Under the pieces are notes generated by a model. The model was not told where the DNA came from. It searched no databases and worked only from the letters and a program-made list of their open reading frames with translations. 64,000 nt of DNA from assembly GCA_035292445.1 (NCBI GenBank), contig DATDQB010000001.1:7530-71529 (forward strand), in the 5' to 3' direction. Below, piece by piece: positions 57,352-64,000 of this stretch. The stretch is from Candidatus Omnitrophota bacterium (lineage in GTDB: Bacteria > Omnitrophota > Gorgyraeia > Zapsychrales > Zapsychraceae). Position 1 is the stretch's first letter, and every line of letters starts with the position of its first letter. A program made the translations under genes and the position numbers.

Positions 57352-58036
57352 CGGCCGTGATCAAAAGATCAGTTGTGATCTTTTTGACCCCTCTTATTTT
57401 TAATGAAATGGCTTGCCGTATTGATTTAATGTTGCGCCCCACTACCGAACTTAAGCCCCGCCTATCCCCTAATATGCTGGGTGCCACATAAAAATGCATC
57501 TGATCGACCAATTTTTCCTTTAACGCCCCGCCGATAACGGTCGCTCCGCCCTCCAAAAGGATCGCATACACACTGTTACGGACCAATTCTTGGCACAACC
57601 AACGAAGGTTAACGCGGCCGTTTTTTTGAGGGCAAACAATGACAACAATGCCACGGCGCTGGAACTCTTTGACCTTCTTCCCTGGTGCTTTTTCCGTCGT
57701 GGCTACAATGCAACTGCCGGCCGGCATGCCTTGAAATAAACGCGCCCGGGGCGAAACCTTCAACGACGCATCCAAAACGATCTTCTTTAGGACTTTCGCT
57801 TTATTTGTCCCGTTTAATCCCGGGTTATCCTTGAGGACCGTGTTAATCCCGACCATGATCGCATCGAAGTTACTGCGCTGGCTTCGCGCGAACTTCCTGG
57901 AGCCGGCCGAGCTGATCCATTTGGAATCGCCGCTGAAGGTGGCGATCTTGCCATCCAGCGTCTGGGCGCATTTAGCGACGATGAAAGGCAATTTCGTTTT
58001 CTTGAATTTTCTCAAACCCAACCGATGAAAGGACAT
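57332..58036 (-). CDS. ribD: Pyrimidine reductase (RibD C-terminal domain only)
   Basis: AQTLDGKIAT..SKWIS, VGINTVLKDNP, LLEGG; no HAE/PCxxC deaminase domain. Confidence 0.85.
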   Translation of the reverse strand: MSFHRLGLRKFKKTKLPFIVAKCAQTLDGKIATFSGDSKWISSAGSRKFARSQRSNFDAIMVGINTVLKDNPGLNGTNKAKVLKKIVLDASLKVSPRARLFQGMPAGSCIVATTEKAPGKKVKEFQRRGIVVIVCPQKNGRVNLRWLCQELVRNSVYAILLEGGATVIGGALKEKLVDQMHFYVAPSILGDRRGLSSVVGRNIKSIRQAISLKIRGVKKITTDLLITADVLRNS

Positions 58037-58864
58037 TTAACCTTTTCTTTTAGAGCGCTCTTTCAGCTTCTCTACCAACGTATACGGTATGCTTACCTTT
58101 CCGATACAGGTATTCGGCTTAACCACTCCGTGAGCATCAGAGCCCCCGGACATTAAAAGCCGGTGTTTATCGGCCAGCCCTTCATAAAACCGGATAACGG
58201 ACGGCGGCGTATTGGGATAATAGACCTCAAGCCCGTCAAGCCCTTCACGGACCAGCCGCGGGATAATTTCATCCATTTGTGTCACCATCGGATGGGCCAG
58301 GATGCTCACCCCGCCCGCTTTCCTGATCATGGTAATGGCTTCCTGCGGTGTTTGCTTAAATTTGGGAACATAACCCGGGGCATCATCGGCCAAATATTTG
58401 TCGAATGCTTCCTGCATCGAGGCCACCACTCCTTTTTGCTGCATGACCTTCGCCAAATGAGGCCGGCCGATGGACGAAGACGTGGCAACGGCAGCCACTT
58501 CTTCAAAGTCAATATTATCAATGCCCAATGTCTTTAACCTTTTGATCATCTCTTTCATGCGAAGGGAACGTGTTTGGAGGATCTGTTTGACCCGCTCGAT
58601 GAACTCCACGTCGCTTTCATCAAACAAATAACCAAGCACATGGATATCCCGACCATTTAATTCGGTCGATAATTCAACGCCGGCCAAGACCTCGATGCCG
58701 GATTTCTGCGCCGCTTGTCTTGCCCGCGGGATCCCATCGACCGTATCGTGGTCGGTAATGGCGATGCAACCAAGCCTGGCCTGGACGGCTCCTTCAACGA
58801 CCTCCTCCGGAGAGGCGCTGCTGTCCGAAAAATAGGTATGGATATGTAAATCAGCTGCCTTCAT
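58037..58864 (-). CDS. PHP-domain metal-dependent phosphoesterase (YciV/TrpH-like)
   Basis: DLHIHT, AITDHD, GVELS, IHVLGY, LAHP, GGSDAHG. Confidence 0.9.
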   Translation of the reverse strand: MKAADLHIHTYFSDSSASPEEVVEGAVQARLGCIAITDHDTVDGIPRARQAAQKSGIEVLAGVELSTELNGRDIHVLGYLFDESDVEFIERVKQILQTRSLRMKEMIKRLKTLGIDNIDFEEVAAVATSSSIGRPHLAKVMQQKGVVASMQEAFDKYLADDAPGYVPKFKQTPQEAITMIRKAGGVSILAHPMVTQMDEIIPRLVREGLDGLEVYYPNTPPSVIRFYEGLADKHRLLMSGGSDAHGVVKPNTCIGKVSIPYTLVEKLKERSKRKG

Positions 58865-59289
58865 ACCGGATTATTTCCTGTATTAATTTCCGACTTATGG
58901 ATCTTATCTAAAATACCGTTAACGAATTTACTGGATTCCAGATCGCCGTACTTTTTGGCCAGATCAACGGCTTCGTTGATGGTGACTTTGGGAGGAATGT
59001 CGGGGGTAAAAAGAAGTTCAAAAACGCCTAAACGCAAAATGTTGCGGTCGATCACGGCCATGCGCTTGATTTGCCAGTTGGTGGCATATTGGGTGATCTT
59101 CTCATCGATGGTTGCTACGTGCTCCTGGATGCCGCTGGTCAGGCGGTCGCAAAATTCTTTGACCGTACCATCCAAATCATCGCGCTCGCTCCAATAATTC
59201 GCCGCCGAAGTTTTAATGTCCCGCCGCGTGATTTCCGCCTGATAGAGAATTTTTAGAGCACTCTCTCGTGCTAAGGTTCTTTTTCGCAT
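58861..59289 (-). CDS. nusB: Transcription antitermination factor NusB
   Basis: RTLARESALKILY, IDRNILRL, INEAVDLAKKY, FVNGILD. Confidence 0.96.
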   Translation of the reverse strand: MRKRTLARESALKILYQAEITRRDIKTSAANYWSERDDLDGTVKEFCDRLTSGIQEHVATIDEKITQYATNWQIKRMAVIDRNILRLGVFELLFTPDIPPKVTINEAVDLAKKYGDLESSKFVNGILDKIHKSEINTGNNPV

Positions 59290-59310
59290 ACGTTTCCAAT
59301 GAACAATTGA

Positions 59311-59799
59311 CTATGTGTTGATCCGCTGCATCAAGTTGGCCATATGAACGGCGGCCACCGCCGCGTCAAGGCCTTTATTGTCCCCTTTTTCCTGTGAACG
59401 TTTTTTGGCTTGTGCCAGGGTGTCCGTTGTCAAAACGGCAAAAATGACCGGCTTTCCCGACATCAACGACGCCTCCATAATACCTCTGGCCGCCCCTTGC
59501 GCCACCAGTTCAAAATGAAATGTCTCTCCCCGGATGACACAACCCAGGCAAATGACGGCGTGAATATTTTTCTTTTTAGCTAACGTGAGCGCCGTGAGCG
59601 GTAATTCATAAGATCCGGGAACCCAACAGACGGTTACATCTTTTTCCCGGACGCCGCATTTCGTTAACTGCGCTAAACACGCCTTCAAAAGCCTTTTGGT
59701 GATAAAACCATTGAACTCAGAGGCAACAATGGCGATCCTTTTGCCACTTCCCTCCGGCCGACTGAACTTTGTTGTTTTTATTCTTACCATTGTCAGCAA
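59311..59799 (-). CDS. ribH: 6,7-dimethyl-8-ribityllumazine synthase
   Basis: VPGSYELP, LGCVIRGETFHF, NKG. Confidence 0.95.
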   Translation of the reverse strand: MLTMVRIKTTKFSRPEGSGKRIAIVASEFNGFITKRLLKACLAQLTKCGVREKDVTVCWVPGSYELPLTALTLAKKKNIHAVICLGCVIRGETFHFELVAQGAARGIMEASLMSGKPVIFAVLTTDTLAQAKKRSQEKGDNKGLDAAVAAVHMANLMQRINT

Positions 59800-59820
59800 A
59801 CTTCCTATGGCAGGAAATGA

Positions 59821-60990
59821 TTAAATGATCTCTTCGACCGGCTCTTTGGGCTGAACGGTCTTATATTTATTTAAGGGAATCCGCTCAACGACTGACAGGC
59901 CAAAGCCTTCCAACCCGACGATCTTACGGGGATTGTTGGTCAGCAAACGGATATGCTTGATCCCCAGATCCACCAAAATCTGGGCGCCGAGCCCATAATG
60001 GCGCAGATCGGGCAGAATCTTAAGATGAGGATTGGCTTTTTTAGGAGAGGTTTCTTGCTGCTCCGCATTGACTTTTCTGATCCGCGTGACAACGCGCTCG
60101 CGGTTTCTCATATAAACCAAAACGCCGGAGCCGTTTTCTTTGATGGCCCGAAAGGCCGATTGCAAGGAGCTTGAACCTTCATAATCAACGCTGCGGAAAG
60201 CGTCATTGATCAAGCTTTCCGAATGGACTTTCACCAAGGTAGGCTTGATAGGATCGATCTCTCCTGACACTAAAGCGACGTGCTCCAGCTCATCCACCTT
60301 AGATCTATATACAAACATCTTAAACTCGCCGTATTCTGTCACAAGGTTTTCTTCAGAAGTACGTTCAACAAGTTTTCGATAAGTCGTTAAATATTCGATC
60401 AAGCTGTCAATCGTGCAGATCTTTAAGTTCTGCGTCTTGGAAAATTTAATAAGGTCATCCGTGCGCGCCATGGTACCGTCTTCATTCATGATTTCGCAAA
60501 TGACGCCGGCGGAATACAATCCGGCGAGCTTCATCAAGTCGACAGATGCCTCGGTATGGCCGGCCCGCACTAAAACACCGCCCCTTTGGGCGCGAAGCGG
60601 AAAGAGATGCCCTGGCGTGACAAGATCGGAAGATTGGGAACGAGAATCAATGAGGACCCGGACGGTCCTGGCTCGGTCGGCGGCCGAAATGCCGGTCGTA
60701 ACCCCCTGGGCCGCATCCACGGATATCGCCCAGCCTGTATCGCATTTTTGGTGCTTGCTGCTTAAATCAACCTTCATGGGATGGAGCCCTAGATCATTAA
60801 GACGATCCGCTTCCATAGGGACACAGACCAATCCGCGGGCTTCTTTGACCATGAAATTTATTTTTTCAGGGGTAATGTGCTCAGCGGCGCATAAAAGATC
60901 ACCTTCATTTTCCCGGCCTTCATCATCCATCACGATGACAAGATGGCCCGCCCTTAAGTCTTCCAACACCTCTTCGATCGTATTAAACAT
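59821..60990 (-). CDS. ribB: DHBP synthase fused to a degenerate GTP cyclohydrolase II domain (RibBX-type)
   Basis: RibB motifs DDEGRENEGD, TTGISAADR, RAGHTEA, VICEI; RibA half lacks the Zn-binding Cys residues and QEGRG. Confidence 0.9.
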   Translation of the reverse strand: MFNTIEEVLEDLRAGHLVIVMDDEGRENEGDLLCAAEHITPEKINFMVKEARGLVCVPMEADRLNDLGLHPMKVDLSSKHQKCDTGWAISVDAAQGVTTGISAADRARTVRVLIDSRSQSSDLVTPGHLFPLRAQRGGVLVRAGHTEASVDLMKLAGLYSAGVICEIMNEDGTMARTDDLIKFSKTQNLKICTIDSLIEYLTTYRKLVERTSEENLVTEYGEFKMFVYRSKVDELEHVALVSGEIDPIKPTLVKVHSESLINDAFRSVDYEGSSSLQSAFRAIKENGSGVLVYMRNRERVVTRIRKVNAEQQETSPKKANPHLKILPDLRHYGLGAQILVDLGIKHIRLLTNNPRKIVGLEGFGLSVVERIPLNKYKTVQPKEPVEEII

Positions 60991-61043
60991 CGACTCGTCC
61001 CCTCTTTAATATAAATATTATTAATTTGAACGTAGATTGGGCT

Positions 61044-61094
61044 ACTATATTCTAAATGTTAAACCTTGTCAAGAATTTTGTCCTAACCTATAAT
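61044..61094. promoter_or_regulatory. Divergent sigma70 promoters sharing an overlapping -35
   Basis: Minus: TTGACA(61072-67)-N17-TATAGT; plus: TTGTCA(61066-71)-N17-TATAAT(61089-94). Confidence 0.75.
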
Positions 61095-61100
61095 AATCCC

Positions 61101-61568
61101 ATGTCGTTAGAGCATAAAATCATCCGTAAGCTGAGCGCCAAAAGAAAAACACTGGCGGTGGCCGAATCGTGCACGGGCGGACTGTTAGCAAACCGCCTGA
61201 CCGATGTTCCCGGCAGTTCCAAATGCTTTAAATTCGGGCTAGTCGTTTACAGTAACACGGCAAAAATCAAATTTTTAAAAGTAACTCCTTTGACCATTAA
61301 AAAGCATGGAGCGGTCAGCGAGCCGACGGCTCTGGCCATGGCCACAGGAGTGCGAAGACAATTAAAAAGCGATTTTGGCTTAAGCATCACCGGTATTGCT
61401 GGCCCCACCGGAGGATCCCTTCGAAAACCCGTTGGCCTAACCTATATAGCCGTTGCCACCGTAAAAAAAACGTCCTGTCTCAAATATCAATTTCGCGGCT
61501 CGCGTCAAAGAGTCAAATCGCAAGCGGCAACACAGGCTTTGAAACTCTTACTTAAACAAATCGTATGA
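61101..61568 (+). CDS. pncC: Nicotinamide-nucleotide amidohydrolase (CinA C-terminal/PncC)
   Basis: AVAESCTGG, PGSS, HGAVS, SITGIAGPTGG..KPVG. Confidence 0.9.
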   Translation: MSLEHKIIRKLSAKRKTLAVAESCTGGLLANRLTDVPGSSKCFKFGLVVYSNTAKIKFLKVTPLTIKKHGAVSEPTALAMATGVRRQLKSDFGLSITGIAGPTGGSLRKPVGLTYIAVATVKKTSCLKYQFRGSRQRVKSQAATQALKLLLKQIV

Positions 61569-62152
61569 GCGAGCAAATCCGCGCTTTCATTGCTGTTGAT
61601 TTAGATAAACCCATCAAGAATCTCATCGCGGATATTCAAAATCATCTGTCTGAAAGCGAATGCCTTGTCAAGTGGGTTGCCCCACAAAGTGCCCATATCA
61701 CCTTAAAATTCCTCGGTGATATCGAAGAACAAACGATCCCAGCGATCAAAGAATACCTGGAGAAGGCGTCTTCGTCCATTGTCCCTACGCATTTTGATGC
61801 CATTCGCGTGGGGGCATTTCCCAACACCGACTTCCCAAGAATCATTTGGCTGGGAATCGAAGAAGATGGCACCATCAGCCAACTCGCGGAAAAGATCGAA
61901 CAAGCACTTGTGCCGTTGGGGTTTGCAAAAGAAGACAGAAAATTCACGCCCCACATCACGATCGGGCGGTTAAGCTCAACTAAAAATTCAAGAAAACTTT
62001 CCCAGTTATTACAGGACTTCCCAACCCTTAAGCCGATAAAACAACCTTTCGATCATGTCAGCTTGTACCAAAGCACGCTCACCTCCCAAGGGCCAATTTA
62101 TGAGCGTTTATTACGAATACCTTTCCCAATTAAAGAAATTAATATTGCATAG
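61565..62152 (+). CDS. thpR: RNA 2',3'-cyclic phosphodiesterase (2H family)
   Basis: RAFIAV, HITLKFLG, FTPHITIGR. Confidence 0.93.
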   Translation: MSEQIRAFIAVDLDKPIKNLIADIQNHLSESECLVKWVAPQSAHITLKFLGDIEEQTIPAIKEYLEKASSSIVPTHFDAIRVGAFPNTDFPRIIWLGIEEDGTISQLAEKIEQALVPLGFAKEDRKFTPHITIGRLSSTKNSRKLSQLLQDFPTLKPIKQPFDHVSLYQSTLTSQGPIYERLLRIPFPIKEINIA

Positions 62153-62194
62153 GAATTTAAATCCCGTAATAATGAAATAAACGCCTTCACGAAC

Positions 62195-62941
62195 ATGAAA
62201 AAGCCCCTCCCAATACATTCCAAAGACATTCTCGCCCTGGCCATTATAACCGTCTTTTCCTTCATTGCTTATTTTTACCTTCTGAGCCTCGTATTAGAAA
62301 TTCCTTTTTTTTCTCTCCTTCAGAAAATCATCAACGCCTTATATGCTCCCCATGCCAATATAATCTTATCAAAACCCGTTGCCGGCATCTTACTGCCCAC
62401 ATGGATTTATTCTCTTCTTCTGATCATGGTTTGTTCGCTTATGTTTTATCAATGCCTAGCCAACCTTCTTAAAAAAAATGCGCCTGCCCTTCCTATCAAA
62501 CAATGGCTACCCTCCATAGGCCTGATCGCTCTGGTATTAATAGCCGGATTACAACAATTCGGGCGAATGCGGCATTTTATCAATGAGGCCACCCTGTACG
62601 TGGGGAAAACCGAAGAGCGAAAAGATTCGATGATCTTTGGGAAAGCGTTCTCATTTATCCAAAGCTCAAAAATGGATTTAAATAAGCCCCTCCAAGGGAT
62701 CCTTCTGACGGACATTGACAAACAGTATAAAGAAGATGTGAACCTTTTTCTCATGGCTTTTTTAAAATACCATTATTATCCGCAGATCACCTTTCCCCTC
62801 GATGGAATGGGAAAAAAGAACTTTGATTGCGTTTTGCTTTATTACAAGAATAATCCTTTAGAATCTATTCCCGAAGGGTTTCACATCCATCGGGCAACTA
62901 ATGATATGAAATATATTCTGGCCGTTAAGGACAGCCCCTAA
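62195..62941 (+). CDS. Hypothetical membrane protein
   Basis: Three TM segments plus soluble C-terminus; AT-rich. Confidence 0.7.
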   Translation: MKKPLPIHSKDILALAIITVFSFIAYFYLLSLVLEIPFFSLLQKIINALYAPHANIILSKPVAGILLPTWIYSLLLIMVCSLMFYQCLANLLKKNAPALPIKQWLPSIGLIALVLIAGLQQFGRMRHFINEATLYVGKTEERKDSMIFGKAFSFIQSSKMDLNKPLQGILLTDIDKQYKEDVNLFLMAFLKYHYYPQITFPLDGMGKKNFDCVLLYYKNNPLESIPEGFHIHRATNDMKYILAVKDSP

Positions 62942-64000
62942 TGGTCCTATGGATGAAACTCATTTTAAGCCTTCTCATCCCGCTTGGCGCAGGCTACGGT
63001 TTCTTTCAATATCTCTGCCGGCCCATGGTGTTTCCTTTTCTGTTCCAACTGGCTTGCTCTTTCGGTTTGGGCATCGGCTTCGTCGCTTATTGGATGTTAT
63101 TCTTGGGAATCTTTCAGCTGCCTTATAACTTTTGGACAATCGGCGCTCCGTTACTAGGGCTAGGCATATTATTTCTTGCAGTATCCTCAAGATTTTCCCA
63201 ACAACGCCAGCCCATATCCTTTCAGCAAACACAGGCCGATAGGCTCCCCTTCCTATGTTATTTGCTCATCATGGCCTTTATCTGGGTCAATATATATTAT
63301 GTTTTCGCTCGGGCCGTCTCAATGCCCGTTACGGACTATGACGCCTTGGCCACCATTGCCTACAAAGCGAAAGTCATCTACTACTCTAAAACTTTACCGG
63401 ATTTAAGCATGCTCCCCCACGCTTCCTATCCGCTTCTCATACCCTTTAATCAAGCCTGGATCGGATATGTATTAGGGTCATGGAGTAGTATTTATATCAA
63501 AATCATATTCCCCTTTTGCTTATTTTCTTATCTGATCATTCATTATTATTTTCTTTCCTATTTTACAAATAAAAACTGGGCCATTTTCGGGGTCTTTCTT
63601 CTTTTATCATCCAACCTTTTGATCTTTCATGCCACCATCTCTTATCGTGATCTATTTTTGATGTATTTTAACTGCTCGACCATTATCTTTCTGATCCTAT
63701 GGCACCGTACCGGGATCACCTCCCTCTTATGGCTGGCATCCTTATTCGCCGGCTTTGCCAGCTTCACGAAACTAGAAGGCTCTGCTTATTTGCTTATTTA
63801 TTTTCTTATTTTCTATTTTCTCAACAAGATTGGCTCTGCTTCACAAAAAACAAAAAGGACAAAAGACCTATTAATCTTTATCGGACCCGGTCTTGGCTTG
63901 TGCCTTAGTTTCCATATTTACAAATATTTTCATTTTTTTATGAAAAACTCGCAGGCAGGATTTGAAAAGATAGAGCCGACCTTCGCCTTAGAACATTTAT
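62941..64000 (+). CDS. Polytopic membrane protein, probable GT-C fold glycosyltransferase; runs off the right edge
   Basis: Not in the ORF track. ATG at 62941 overlaps the upstream stop; MVLWMKLILSLL...PVTDYDALATIAYKAK...HASYPLL...FTKLEG, many TMs. Confidence 0.65.
   Translation, partial: MVLWMKLILSLLIPLGAGYGFFQYLCRPMVFPFLFQLACSFGLGIGFVAYWMLFLGIFQLPYNFWTIGAPLLGLGILFLAVSSRFSQQRQPISFQQTQADRLPFLCYLLIMAFIWVNIYYVFARAVSMPVTDYDALATIAYKAKVIYYSKTLPDLSMLPHASYPLLIPFNQAWIGYVLGSWSSIYIKIIFPFCLFSYLIIHYYFLSYFTNKNWAIFGVFLLLSSNLLIFHATISYRDLFLMYFNCSTIIFLILWHRTGITSLLWLASLFAGFASFTKLEGSAYLLIYFLIFYFLNKIGSASQKTKRTKDLLIFIGPGLGLCLSFHIYKYFHFFMKNSQAGFEKIEPTFALEHL

Noticed and set aside
60991-61043. FMN riboswitch upstream of ribB
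   Set aside because: The leader is only ~45 nt and AT-rich, with no RFN motifs

Overview
A 64-kb bacterial core-genome window. Almost all genes from 1 to 60990 lie on the minus strand; a divergent plus-strand operon starts at ~61100. Gene content and style suggest a diderm PVC-superphylum organism such as Ca. Omnitrophota, which is inference only. Left to right: two tandem secreted FGE/SUMF1-fold paralogs; a TPR-secretin-GspC/PilP-like-ExeA operon; a glycosyltransferase/DUF2304/methyltransferase module; an S41 protease; lipoate ligase and glycine cleavage genes (gcvT-H-PA-PB); uppP; tRNA-Arg(UCG) sandwiched between two small GIY-YIG nuclease genes and dense palindromes; xseAB; macrodomain, PIF1-like helicase and CBS genes; a frameshifted DUF924 gene; a pilin, VanZ and ComEC-like MBL; the dcw cluster (mraZ to ftsA, with no ftsZ or murB and an inserted Zn-peptidase); ribF-truB-nrnA-rbfA-cca-xerD-ligA; tRNA-Pro(CGG); fabZ-fabG and a catalytically dead FabF; a riboflavin operon with a dead GTP cyclohydrolase II domain and a deaminase-less RibD; then pncC-thpR and membrane/GT-C genes. 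The best candidate for a new system is the tRNA-Arg locus. It holds a ~340-bp GIY-YIG mini-element flanked by a 14-bp duplication of the tRNA 5' end, plus a REP-like palindrome array in front of a second GIY-YIG gene. All product calls come from motif recognition by eye; no database search was run.
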